64,000 nt of DNA from Myxococcota bacterium (lineage in GTDB: Bacteria; Myxococcota_A; UBA796; SXON01). The translations under genes were made by a program, and so were the position numbers. Location: assembly GCA_040386535.1 (NCBI GenBank), contig JAZKFH010000019.1, positions 391,376-455,375 on the forward strand. Direction: 5' to 3'. Positions 28,873 through 38,467 of the stretch are shown here, piece by piece. Every line of letters begins with the position of its first letter. The stretch's first letter is position 1. A model generated the notes under the pieces. It was not told where the DNA came from and ran no database searches. It saw only the letters and a list, made by a program, of their open reading frames with translations.

Positions 28873-29880
28873 ATGTTGTCGTTCGTCCTCGCCTTGCTCT
28901 TGTCGGTCGCATCCGGAAACGCCTTCGCCCAGGACCTGAACTTCGGCTACACGCCGGCGCCCGGCCCGGGGGAGAACCCCGCGTTGCTCGTCACGCCCAC
29001 GCGCACGATCACCACGATGTACGTGTCGATCGAGGTGGGCGGCAAGACCCTGGAGTTCAACAAGAAGAACCTCCCGGCCGGCCAGCAGATTCGCTTCGAG
29101 TGGCCGCGCGACGCGAAGGTCACCCACGCGGACGCGTTCATTCGTGCCACGTTCTCGGATGGCAACGTCACCGAGACCAACGTGCCCATCGACTACCAGT
29201 TCAAGGGCCAACTCTCGGTCGACCTGTCGAAGGCCTCCGCCGACCTCGAGGCCCGCACCGTCACCGTGAGCGCGAGCGCGCTCGTCGAGCAGGCGGAGAT
29301 CGTCGCCTACGGCGCGCACAAGGCCGAGCTCGACCGGCGCGTGGTCCCCATCAACGCGGGGCCGGGCCCCATCGCGGTGCCGTTCGTGGGCGACCCGTCG
29401 GAGGTCGTGCTGCTCGACGTGAAGCTCGAGAGCGGCAACGCGTGGTCGGGCTTCACCTACTCGCCGTGGTTCCTCAACGTCCCCCATGAGGACGTGTTGT
29501 TCCCGTCGGACTCCGCCGCCATCCCGCCGGCCGAGGAGTACAAGCTCCAGTACACGCTCGAGCAGCTCCGCGACGTGCTCGACAAGTACGGCGCCATCGT
29601 GCCTGTGAAGCTCTACATCGCCGGCTGCACGGACACGATGGGTGACGCCGCGCACAACAAGGACCTCTCCTTCCGCCGCGCCCAGTCCATCGCCGGCTGG
29701 CTGCGCGCCAAGGGCTACAAGGAGCCGATCTTCTACTACGGCTTCGGCGAGTCGCTCCTGGCCGTCAACACGGGGGACAGCGTGGACAACGCGCTCAACC
29801 GCCGCGCGCTCTACATGGTCGGCGCGAACCCGCCGCCCGCCGGCTCGGGCGTGCCCGGGGCGAGCTGGAAGCCGCTGTAG
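28873..29880 (+). CDS. OmpA-family peptidoglycan-binding protein
   Basis: Signal peptide; C-terminal IAGCTDTMG..AHNKDLSFRRA...GFGES...NRRA. Confidence 0.85.
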   Translation: MLSFVLALLLSVASGNAFAQDLNFGYTPAPGPGENPALLVTPTRTITTMYVSIEVGGKTLEFNKKNLPAGQQIRFEWPRDAKVTHADAFIRATFSDGNVTETNVPIDYQFKGQLSVDLSKASADLEARTVTVSASALVEQAEIVAYGAHKAELDRRVVPINAGPGPIAVPFVGDPSEVVLLDVKLESGNAWSGFTYSPWFLNVPHEDVLFPSDSAAIPPAEEYKLQYTLEQLRDVLDKYGAIVPVKLYIAGCTDTMGDAAHNKDLSFRRAQSIAGWLRAKGYKEPIFYYGFGESLLAVNTGDSVDNALNRRALYMVGANPPPAGSGVPGASWKPL

Positions 29881-29885
29881 CTGTC

Positions 29886-30047
29886 GGAAGTCAGGCAGCC
29901 GGAAATCAGGAAGTCCGGCAGCCGGAAAATCAGGAAGGCAGGAAGAGAGGAAGGCAGGAAGCGGAAGGAGGGAGCAAAGAGAGTGGGTCCTTCCTCCTCA
30001 TCTTCCTCCTGCTTTCCTTGTTTCCTGCTTTCCTGATTCTCTTCTCT
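29886..30047 (+). other. Purine-rich/pyrimidine-rich imperfect long hairpin with GGAAG microrepeats
   Basis: Arms 29928-29959 and 30007-30038 (32 bp, 5 differences, 4 of them G-U compatible on + strand); ~23-24-bp direct repeat 29886-29932; between convergent genes. Confidence 0.7.
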
Positions 30048-30077
30048 CGTGCCAACGCCGACCGCCGGCGTCTACCG

Positions 30078-32900
30078 TTAAAACACCTGCCCCACGCCGA
30101 CCCGGATCGTGAACTGGTTCTGGATCACGTCGGCGGTGCCGCTATCGCCGCCGGTGCCCTCGGCCGCGTACTTCATCGTGCGGTAGTCCCAGGAGCCGCC
30201 GGCGCGGAGGGTCGTGCCGGCGTCGGTCACGCGCACGTCGACGAGCAGCTCGGCGTGGGTGTCGATGGGGAACGGGGCGAAGGTCTCTGCGATCTCGAGC
30301 GAGCCGTAGATCACGTCCGACTCGAGCGACAGGAGCGCGCCGAGGCGGGCGCCGAAGAGCGGGAAGTTGAGGAGCTCGGCGTCGGAGCGCGCCGCGTCGG
30401 AGTAGCGGAACAACACGCCGGTCGTGTAGTGGGCGCCGAGGGTGCCCTCGACCGACAAGAGCCCGCCGAGGCCACGACGGTAGCGGGCCGCGAGGATGGC
30501 ATCCCGCTGGACGTTGATGAACGGATTCTCGCCGACGTTGAACCACTCGAGCTGGGAGCGGCCGCGCACGTCGACCCCGAGGGAGCCCCAGGACCGGTTG
30601 AGCGGGAGCCAGACGCCCTCGACGGCGATGCCGAAGAAGCCCGCGCCCGGGGTGGCGAAGGAGGCCGCGCCGAGGAGCTGGGCGCCGGCGTCGCTGGACA
30701 TGGTGTAGCTGCCGCGCGCGTTGAGGAGGCCCCCGCCGATGCGGAGCTTCGCCCAATCGGTCGTGACGGGCGCCGCCGGCGCACGGGCCGCGCCACCACC
30801 GCCACCACCAGTCGGGTTCTGGCGCGCGGGACCGCCGCCTCCAGACGTGGGCTGCTGGGCGCCGGCCTGCGCGAGGGTGGGCAGGGTGACGGAGCCCGCG
30901 GCGCTCTCGATGCCCACGGTGACCACGACGGGGCCGTCGGTGCCCGCGGGGAGCTGGAGGGGAACGGCGTAGGTGCCGTCGCGGTTGTCGGTGATCTGGC
31001 CGACCACGGCGGGAGCCGCCGAGATGGTCAACTTCTTGCCGCCGACGCCGCTGCCCGCCGAGTCCAGGACGCGGATGTTCACCAGGATCGCGGCGCCGGG
31101 CGTCGTGTAGGGGGGCACGGTCGTGATCGCCACCGTGGCGGGCGGGCCCGAGGGGGGCACGACACCTTCACGCACGATCTTCAGCTCGGGGGCGGCGGCC
31201 TTCCACTTCGCCACGAGCGCTTCGTCGGAGGTGCCGCCGCCGGTGGGGAGGATGGGCCCGGCGCCGTCCTTCGCCTGGAAGAGGGGCACCTCGGTGACGA
31301 GACCGGCTCCCTCGACGCGCACGCTGGCGAGCCCGGGCGTGCGGCCGGCGGTGAAGACGACGCGGGCCATGCCGCGCGCGTCGGTCTTGCCGGTGGGGGG
31401 CACGCTGCCGTCGCCGCGGGGGGCGCCGAGCTTGATCGCGACGTTCGGGACGGGGAGGCCGAACGCGTCGACCGCGAGCACCGTGACGGTCACGGTGTCC
31501 GAGCCGTTCGCGGCGACCATGGGCGCGCCCGGCCACGCCACGAGGCGGGCGGCGGGCATGGACGAGGCCTCGACGGGAGGCGCCGCGTATACGCGGACCC
31601 GGTTCGTCGAGGACGACACCTTGAACGAGAACGTGTAGCTGCCGTCCTTGTTGTCCTTGGCGGCGCCGTTGACCGTGGCGCCGTCGGCCGTGAGCGTGGG
31701 CGGGCGGCCCACGACGCCGGTGCCCTGGGCGTCCTTGACGCGGGCGACGACGGTGAAGGAGGTCCCCGCCTTGGGGATGTCGACGGGAACGGACGTGAGG
31801 GTGAGCGTCGGCACGGTCCCGACGATCTTGATCTTGCGCTCGCTCTTGGCGCCGTCGACCTCGGCGGTCAGCACGATCTCGCCTGGGGTGGTCGGCGGCG
31901 TGAAGGTGGCGGAGAACACGTCGCGGTCCCACGTGGCCGGCGTGACGGTGCCCTTGGAGGCCGAGAGCTTCACGGTCGCGTCGGCCTTCGGGCGGCCGTC
32001 GGGGCCGATGACCACGATGCGCACGGGCACAGAAACGTCGGCTTGCGCCGGGACACTGGCGGGGAGCGGGTAGAAAGCGATGGCGGTCGTGGCGGCGACG
32101 GGGAGGGGGGCCTCGCGGTCCTCCTTCGACGTGTCGGTGTTCACGCTGCGCAGATCGCCGGTGGGCTCGCGCGGATCGAGGTCGACGTCGAAGGCGACCT
32201 TGCCCGAGGGCGCGGCCACCAGCGGGCCGTAGGTGCGGGCGCCGACCTTGAGCACGTTGCTCGAGCCGGGCTTCACGTCGAATGAGACCGAGCGCTTGAC
32301 GGTGACCGGGAGCACGGCGCTCCCCTGGACCTTGTCGGGGGCCGCGGCGTCGGCGGCCGCGAACACGACGGCGAGGGGCGCGGTGAGGCCCTTCGGCGGG
32401 GTGTAGCGGGCCACCCAGGTGCCGTTGCCGGCGGGCGACACGGCGTCGACCGTGCCGGCGGAGGCGACGAGCAGGAAGCTGCGGCCCTCGTTCGCCACCG
32501 CGGTCGAGCCTTCGGGCGTGATCTTGATCATCGCGGTGCCGGCGCTCGGGAGCACGGGTGGGTCGAAGCTGAGCGCGAGCGAGCCGGTGAACGGAGGGAC
32601 GACGGGGATCTCGATCGTGGTCTCGACGCCACCGGCCGTGACCTTGAAGGGCACCGTTCCGACGGCCGACACGCGCGGTGGCGTGTAGGGGATCGTCCAG
32701 ACGCCGTCGGTGCCGGCGACCGCGGGCCCGACCTTGCCGCTGTCGGTCTTGACGCGGATCTTGGCGCCGTCATCGACGTAGAAGCGCACGGTGGAGGGGG
32801 TCGTGCCGTCGCCCAGCAGAGGCGGGGAGGGGACCCAGGTGACCCCCGCCCAGGCCGGCACACACCAGAGAAGCATCAAGAGCAGGGTGAGCCAGCGCAC
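30078..32900 (-). CDS. Large exported protein with invasin/Big_1-like Ig domains and C-terminal beta-barrel
   Basis: Signal peptide (VPAWA); repeated DNKDGSYT/DNRDGTY/GNGTWVARY and VDAFGLPVPNV...TDARGMA patterns; Gly-rich linker; alternating strands ending VGVGQVF. Confidence 0.75.
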   Translation of the reverse strand: MRWLTLLLMLLWCVPAWAGVTWVPSPPLLGDGTTPSTVRFYVDDGAKIRVKTDSGKVGPAVAGTDGVWTIPYTPPRVSAVGTVPFKVTAGGVETTIEIPVVPPFTGSLALSFDPPVLPSAGTAMIKITPEGSTAVANEGRSFLLVASAGTVDAVSPAGNGTWVARYTPPKGLTAPLAVVFAAADAAAPDKVQGSAVLPVTVKRSVSFDVKPGSSNVLKVGARTYGPLVAAPSGKVAFDVDLDPREPTGDLRSVNTDTSKEDREAPLPVAATTAIAFYPLPASVPAQADVSVPVRIVVIGPDGRPKADATVKLSASKGTVTPATWDRDVFSATFTPPTTPGEIVLTAEVDGAKSERKIKIVGTVPTLTLTSVPVDIPKAGTSFTVVARVKDAQGTGVVGRPPTLTADGATVNGAAKDNKDGSYTFSFKVSSSTNRVRVYAAPPVEASSMPAARLVAWPGAPMVAANGSDTVTVTVLAVDAFGLPVPNVAIKLGAPRGDGSVPPTGKTDARGMARVVFTAGRTPGLASVRVEGAGLVTEVPLFQAKDGAGPILPTGGGTSDEALVAKWKAAAPELKIVREGVVPPSGPPATVAITTVPPYTTPGAAILVNIRVLDSAGSGVGGKKLTISAAPAVVGQITDNRDGTYAVPLQLPAGTDGPVVVTVGIESAAGSVTLPTLAQAGAQQPTSGGGGPARQNPTGGGGGGAARAPAAPVTTDWAKLRIGGGLLNARGSYTMSSDAGAQLLGAASFATPGAGFFGIAVEGVWLPLNRSWGSLGVDVRGRSQLEWFNVGENPFINVQRDAILAARYRRGLGGLLSVEGTLGAHYTTGVLFRYSDAARSDAELLNFPLFGARLGALLSLESDVIYGSLEIAETFAPFPIDTHAELLVDVRVTDAGTTLRAGGSWDYRTMKYAAEGTGGDSGTADVIQNQFTIRVGVGQVF

Positions 32901-33030
32901 GGGACCTCGCGGAGCGAGCGATGATACCGCGTGCGGACGGCGCCGCTACTCCGCGAGCCGAGCCTCTACATCTTCGTGACCAGCGGCGTCGTTTGGCCTG
33001 GACCGGAGAGGGCGGCGGACCCAAAACGAG

Positions 33031-33079
33031 CGCCGCGCTCCGAAGGGAGGCCGCGAGGACCTCCGCGCGGAGCGCGGCG
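33031..33079. other. GC hairpin downstream of the redoxin gene
   Basis: CGCCGCGCTCCG (33031-33042) / CGGAGCGCGGCG (33068-33079), a perfect 12-bp stem with an inner GAGG..GCGA..CCTC stem. Confidence 0.5.
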
Positions 33080-33097
33080 GACGGGCCAGGCGCGGGC

Positions 33098-33778
33098 CTA
33101 CTCGCCGTAGAGCAGCTCTTCGATCTCGGTGGCGCTCGCGCCCTCGTCGATCGAGGTGAGCACCACGCCGCGGTCGATGAGGACCTTCATGGGCCAACCG
33201 CTGGTCTTGCTGTAGGTCCAGAAGACCTCGCCCGCTCCGTCACCCACGACGGGGTAGGTCAGGCCGTATTCCTCGGCCCAGCCCAGCAGGTCCTCGGTCT
33301 CGGACCCGTCCATCGCCTCGATCAGCATGAAGCCGTCGTCTTTGTACGTCTCGAACATCGTGTTGAGGCCACCGGCCTCAGCCATGCATGTCCCTCACGT
33401 GAAGCCCGAACCCACGAGGAGTACGACCTGGTCGCAGAAGTCGTGCAGCCGCACGGTCTCCCCGAACTGGTCGCCGAGCTCGAAGTTCGCGGCCACGTCG
33501 CCGTCTTCGGCGCCGGTGGACTCGACGTCGTGGCGGCAGGCGTCGATCTGCCAGCCTTCCTGGTAGGGCTTGTCGTTCGAGTCGACCGGGCTGGTGTGCG
33601 AGTCGAACTCGGCGCCGTCGGTATACCCATCGTCGTCACTGTCCGGATTGCCCGGATCGGAGCCCACCTGGGCCTCCTGCGAGTCGACCAGGCCGTCCGC
33701 GTCACCGTCGAGATCGAGCGTCACATCGGCGATGCAGCCGACGGCGACCAGGAGCGGGAGAAGAGTGAGCAGGCGCAT
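33098..33778 (-). CDS. Redoxin/thioredoxin-fold lipoprotein, probable selenoprotein (UGTC motif)
   Basis: ORFs 33395..33778 and 33098..33385 are in frame and joined by TGA at 33397-33395: ...GDVAANFELGDQFGETVRLHDFCDQVVLLVGSGFT-U-GTC-MAEA...WAEEYGLTYPVV...GWPMKVLIDR. The TGA sits at the N-terminal Cys position of CxxC. Lipobox VAVGC and DxDxDG repeats at the N-terminus. Confidence 0.85.
33364..33394 (-). promoter_or_regulatory. Putative bacterial SECIS element
   Basis: After UGA: GGGACAUGCAUGGC-UGAGGCC-GGU-GGCCUCA. Perfect 7-bp stem (33380-33374/33370-33364); G-starting apical loop 21 nt after the UGA. Confidence 0.75.
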
Positions 33779-33840
33779 GAGCCTACCTCCAGAGCTTGGG
33801 CCTGAGTGTACCCGATCCCGCGGTGAAGGGAAGGGGATAG

Positions 33841-34227
33841 ATGCGCAGAATGTCGCTCCTGGAGGCCGCGTCGCGCGCGCGGCACGATCTCGGCAAATAC
33901 ATCTCGTTCCAGGCGCGCTGGATGGAGCCGGGCGCCCCCGTGGACACGCTCCGGGAGGCCCTCCGCGACGATCTCCTGCGGACGCGCAAGGGGCCGGACG
34001 GCGTCTTCACCGCCGCCGCGCTCTGGCGCACGCTCCGAGAGCCGCTGCTCCCCCTCGGGATCGAGCGGGTGGACGCCCTCATGGAGCTGCTCACGGTCCG
34101 CGCCGCCACGCTCGACTCGCTCGACGAGGCCGCGCTCCTCGACACGGCCCGCCTCGCGCGTGACGTGGCCGTCGAGCTCCGTGCGGTCCACGCGCGGGCC
34201 CTCTCCAGCCAAGGAACGGGCGCCTGA
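33841..34227 (+). CDS. Small all-helical protein with H-box-like motif (possible phosphoacceptor)
   Basis: ASRARHDLGKYI; 128 aa; TGATG coupling to the downstream activator. Confidence 0.6.
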   Translation: MRRMSLLEAASRARHDLGKYISFQARWMEPGAPVDTLREALRDDLLRTRKGPDGVFTAAALWRTLREPLLPLGIERVDALMELLTVRAATLDSLDEAALLDTARLARDVAVELRAVHARALSSQGTGA

Positions 34228-35834
34228 TGGCCACCATCCTCGTGATCGACGACCAGGACCGCTACGTCGACCTCTGCCGCCGTGCGATCCCCGAGCACGA
34301 GTACCTCGGGCCCACGCGCTCGTGGCGGGAGGCCGCCGAGGTGCTCAAGAAGCAGCGCCGGTCGATCGATCTGGTGCTGCTGGACGTGAACTTCGACATC
34401 CCCGCCGACCAGCTCCTCGGGCTCCCGGTCGGCGCCGACGACAAGCAGGTCGCGCGGGCTCGCCGGCGCCAGGGGCTCGAGATCCTGGTCCGGCTGCGGC
34501 GCCACCTGCCCGATCTGCCCGTCGTGCTCATGACGGCTCGCGACGATCTGGACATCGACCGCGCTGCCGAGCGCCTCGAGGCGGAGGAATACACCTACTT
34601 TCTCGATGACGAGAACGTGGATGCCCGCAGCCTCCGCGTCCAGATAGAGAACGTGCTCAAGGCCCGCCGAGGCCAGGACGCCGAGGGCCCCATCTTCTGG
34701 GGGCGCGCGCCGCCCATGCAGCGAGCCCGGGCCCGGCTCCAGGTGCTCGCGCGGGGCCGCCTCCCGGTCATCCTCGGCGGGCCGACCGGCACCGGCAAGT
34801 CGCTCCTCGCCCGGCACTACATCCACCCGCGCTCGGCGCGACGCGGCAAGTTCGTCAGCGTCGACCTCTCGACGATCCCCCGCGATCTCGTGGGCGCCAC
34901 ACTCTTCGGCTCGGCGCGGGGCTCGTACACCGGCTCGGTGGCCGACCGGAAGGGCGCGTTCGAGGAGGCCGACAACGGCACGTTGTTCCTCGACGAGATC
35001 GGCAATCTCACCGAGGAGGCGCAGAAGATGCTCCTCGGGGTGCTCCAGGAGGGCCTGGTCACGCGGCTGGGGGACCCGTTGGAGCGGCGGGTCGACGTGA
35101 AGCTGGTCGTCGCGACCCACGAGGACCTCGGTGCGCTCGTGCGCCAGGGCAAGTTCCGTCGTGACCTCTACATGCGCCTGAACCCCGCGTGTACGGTCAC
35201 GTTACCCTCGCTTGCCGAGCGCCGCGGCGACCTGATGCGCCTGCTCGGATGGACCGCGCGCCACCTCGCGGAAGGGGTCCAGCTGCGCTCGTTGATCGGC
35301 GAGTACCGGCGCCGCGCGGGCCTCTCGGAGGAGGGCGAGCTCGTCGTCTGCACCGGCGGGGACGTGCCCGAGCCGCATCCCGGGCGCCTCGTGCTCCTGT
35401 TCCCCGATCGCTCGGTGCAGCTGTTGCGTCGCCACCGCTGGCCCGGAAACCTGCGCGAGTTCGCGATGACCATCGAGAACGCGCTCACGTTCACATTCGC
35501 GGAGCTCGTGGGGCTGTTCCTCGGTGGGCGCGGCGACGTCGTGCAGGTGCGGCCCAAGCTGCTGCGCGACCTGCTGCGCGCCGTGCGTGTCGACACCCCG
35601 GCCGACGAGGTGGGCTGGAAGTGCCAGGTGCTCGTGCGTCCCGACGGGACGCTCAACCACCTCGCCCAGGACGTCGAGCGCCAGTACTTCACCAAGCTGT
35701 GGGAGCAGGAGGAGGGCGACTTCTCCGCCATGGCCCGCATCCTCATGGGCGATCCGGAGTGCGCGCGGAAGGTGCAGCTCCGCTTCAACCAGCTCGGGCT
35801 CAAGGTGCGCGAGCTCAAGGGCGGCAACGGGTGA
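34227..35834 (+). CDS. Sigma-54-type (NtrC family) response regulator / enhancer-binding protein
   Basis: REC (ILVIDD, LVLLD, VVLMTA); AAA+ GPTGTGKS, GSYTGS (GAFTGA position), LFLDEIG, FRRDLYMRLN, WPGNLREF. Confidence 0.9.
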   Translation: MATILVIDDQDRYVDLCRRAIPEHEYLGPTRSWREAAEVLKKQRRSIDLVLLDVNFDIPADQLLGLPVGADDKQVARARRRQGLEILVRLRRHLPDLPVVLMTARDDLDIDRAAERLEAEEYTYFLDDENVDARSLRVQIENVLKARRGQDAEGPIFWGRAPPMQRARARLQVLARGRLPVILGGPTGTGKSLLARHYIHPRSARRGKFVSVDLSTIPRDLVGATLFGSARGSYTGSVADRKGAFEEADNGTLFLDEIGNLTEEAQKMLLGVLQEGLVTRLGDPLERRVDVKLVVATHEDLGALVRQGKFRRDLYMRLNPACTVTLPSLAERRGDLMRLLGWTARHLAEGVQLRSLIGEYRRRAGLSEEGELVVCTGGDVPEPHPGRLVLLFPDRSVQLLRRHRWPGNLREFAMTIENALTFTFAELVGLFLGGRGDVVQVRPKLLRDLLRAVRVDTPADEVGWKCQVLVRPDGTLNHLAQDVERQYFTKLWEQEEGDFSAMARILMGDPECARKVQLRFNQLGLKVRELKGGNG

Positions 35835-38467
35835 GCTGGCTCCTCTGGGCGGCGCTCGTCGGGAGCGTGCCCGCGTTCGCCGCCCCGGAAGACGCGCTCG
35901 ACGCGGCCACCCGGCCCTTCTTCCTCAAGGCGATCGAGGAGGAGGCCGCCGGGCGTCACGGCAAGGCGACCCAGCTGTACCGCATGGTCCTCACCAAGGA
36001 TCCAGGCTTCCTGCCCGCCTCGCTCGGCGTCGGGCGCTCGCTGGAGGCGGCCGGCGATCTCGCGGGGGCCGAGGCCCTGTATCGCTCGCTCGGGGACGAG
36101 GCCGACGCGGTAGAGGCCCTGGCGCTGCTGGTCGAACCGCGCGATCCCGCGGAGGCGCTCGCCTTGTGGCGCCGGCTGCGCACGCTGCGGCTGGGCGACT
36201 CGTTGCCCTACCGCGAAGAGGCCCGGCTGCTCGCGGGCACCGATCCCGTGGGGGCGTTGGCGGCCTACGAGACCTACGAGAAGCTCCTGGACGGCGCGCC
36301 GCCGCATGGCCCCACCCTGCTGGCGCTCGGCGCGGCGCTGGTCGACGCGGGCCTCTCGCCGGACGCGGAGCTGCGCTGGCGCGCCTACCTCGACACGTTT
36401 CCCGAGGGCGAGGTCGCGATGGAGGTGGGCGCGCGGCTGGACCGGCTCGAGGTCGCGCGCGCCGCCGAGTCGCTGGCCCTCGGCGGGTCGGAGCCGCTCC
36501 CGCCCGAGCTGGTCGGCCTCTACGCCGAGGCGCAGCGGGCGATGGCCGAGGGCCGGCTGGACGTCGCGACCGAAGAGGGGCGCGCGATCGTGGCCGGGGC
36601 CCCGCGCTCGGCCGAGGCCCACGCGCTGCTGGCGGACGTGCTCGTGGCGCGTCGCACCTGGGAAGAGGCCGAGGTCCACGCGATCCTGGCGCGTGCGCTC
36701 GCCCCGGACGACGCGTCGAACCGGGTGCGCCTCGGGCTCCTGCTCGTCGAGGCCTACGGGGGGCGTCGCGACCGCGAGGCCGTCCTGGAGCTGCGCGAGG
36801 CGGCGATCCTGCGGCCCGGCGACATCGAGGTGCAGGTCGCGCTCGGCCGGCTCGAGCAATCGTTGGGGAGCCAGGACCAGGGGGGCTACGAGCGCGCGGT
36901 GACCGCGTACGAGCGGGCGCTGGCCAACGGCGCGTCCGGGGTGGCCGCCGAGGACCTGACCACACGGATCGAGGCGCTCCGGCGCACCCCGCCGTCCCCG
37001 CCCGACGTGCCGGTGTCGCCCACGCCCCGCCTGCCCGACGAGGCCGAGGCGAAGTACCGGATCGCGAGCATCCTCGCGCGCCGGGGCCGCATCGCCGAGG
37101 CCATCGGCGAGCTCGATGCCGCGCTCCTGCTCGCGCCCGACGCGCCGACCTTGCTCAACAAGCGCGCCCAGTTCGCGGGGCAATCCGGCACGCCCGCCGA
37201 CGCCGAGCCCTGGCTGCTCCGGAGCCTCGAGGCCGACGCCAACCAGCCGCCGGTGCTCCTCGAGCTCGCCGGCCTGGCCCTCGCGCGCGGCGACGTGGAC
37301 GCGTCGCGGCACTGGTACGTCGAGGCCGCGCGCTACGGGACGCCCGACGCCCACTACCAGCTCGCGGTGCTCGCCGAGGCGCGCGGCGACTGGGCCACCG
37401 TCCGCGCCGAGCTCGCCGCCTACGAGGCCGCGGCGCCGGGGCGCGGCTCGCAGAAGGCGAAGGACGCGGCGAAGCTCCAACAGCGCGCCAACGGCCGCTT
37501 GTGGGCGCTCCGGGCCTCCTTCGGCGGCGGTTTTGCGCTCGTGGTGGGCCTGCCCCTCCTGTTCTGGGGCCGCTACCGCACGGCGCGCACCCTGCGCGAC
37601 CTGTTGGACGGCGCGCCCGAGTGTTGGCACGACGCGGCGCGGCTGCTCGCGGCCCTGCGCCACGAGGTGCTCAAGCACAACACGACGGTTCTCCCCGACG
37701 TGGCCGACGCCCTCGCGCGGGGCGACACCGGCCCCTGGGAGGCCTTCCGCGCCCGGGCCCCCTCGCTCCTGGGCCACTTCCGCAGCTACCTCGCGCAGCT
37801 CGAAGCGCTCGGGCGTCGCCACGGCCAGCGGCTCGACTTGCGACGGCGGGATCCCATCCTCGGGCCGGTCCACCGCGCCCTCGCCCGGCTCGCCCGGACC
37901 CGCCGCGCCCCGCGCCCCGACGATCTACGGGCGCTCTCCGCGGTCATCAACGGCGTCGGGTACCGCGCCATCGGCGCGATCGTCCGTGAGATCTGTGTGC
38001 TCCCGGTCACCCCCGAGCGCGCCCACGCGGTCTACGCGCGCATCGTGACCGAGCCCGGGTTCGCCGGCGCGCCGGTGCCCGCGCTGGGCGTGGTCGAGCG
38101 CGAACAGGGCCTCGCCGTGCGGATGTTCCGCGCCGATCTCGAGGACATCCTGGCGAACGTGCTCCGCAACGCGCTCGCGGCGGGGGCCCAGCGGCTCGAC
38201 GTGGAGCTCGCCGCGTTCGACGATCCCATCACCGGGCACGCGTGGGTGGAGGTCGCGGTGGTCGACGACGCGCCGGGCACGTTGACGAACGCGATGATCC
38301 GCGGGCGCTACATCGGGCGCGGGCTCGGGCTCGCCGTCGATCTCATCAACCGGCACGGCGGCTCCATCCGGGTAGACTCGCGTACGGACGGGCGCAAGGC
38401 CGTGGTCGTGCAACTTCCGAGCGTCGAGGCGGCGCCGGTGGAGGTCGAGGAATGGACGGTTTCGTAG
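35831..38467 (+). CDS. Sensor histidine kinase with large periplasmic TPR region
   Basis: GTG 35831; signal peptide (VPAFA); many TPR-like helices; one TM; LRHEVLKHN (H-box), ILANVLRNAL (N), VVDDAPG (G1), GRGLGLA (G2). Confidence 0.8.
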   Translation: MSWLLWAALVGSVPAFAAPEDALDAATRPFFLKAIEEEAAGRHGKATQLYRMVLTKDPGFLPASLGVGRSLEAAGDLAGAEALYRSLGDEADAVEALALLVEPRDPAEALALWRRLRTLRLGDSLPYREEARLLAGTDPVGALAAYETYEKLLDGAPPHGPTLLALGAALVDAGLSPDAELRWRAYLDTFPEGEVAMEVGARLDRLEVARAAESLALGGSEPLPPELVGLYAEAQRAMAEGRLDVATEEGRAIVAGAPRSAEAHALLADVLVARRTWEEAEVHAILARALAPDDASNRVRLGLLLVEAYGGRRDREAVLELREAAILRPGDIEVQVALGRLEQSLGSQDQGGYERAVTAYERALANGASGVAAEDLTTRIEALRRTPPSPPDVPVSPTPRLPDEAEAKYRIASILARRGRIAEAIGELDAALLLAPDAPTLLNKRAQFAGQSGTPADAEPWLLRSLEADANQPPVLLELAGLALARGDVDASRHWYVEAARYGTPDAHYQLAVLAEARGDWATVRAELAAYEAAAPGRGSQKAKDAAKLQQRANGRLWALRASFGGGFALVVGLPLLFWGRYRTARTLRDLLDGAPECWHDAARLLAALRHEVLKHNTTVLPDVADALARGDTGPWEAFRARAPSLLGHFRSYLAQLEALGRRHGQRLDLRRRDPILGPVHRALARLARTRRAPRPDDLRALSAVINGVGYRAIGAIVREICVLPVTPERAHAVYARIVTEPGFAGAPVPALGVVEREQGLAVRMFRADLEDILANVLRNALAAGAQRLDVELAAFDDPITGHAWVEVAVVDDAPGTLTNAMIRGRYIGRGLGLAVDLINRHGGSIRVDSRTDGRKAVVVQLPSVEAAPVEVEEWTVS

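Noticed and set aside
33395..33397. Premature stop (pseudogene) or genome-wide TGA recoding in the redoxin gene
   Set aside because: The TGA sits at the catalytic Cys position with a SECIS-like hairpin behind it, and many other genes here end normally in TGA, so Sec insertion fits better.
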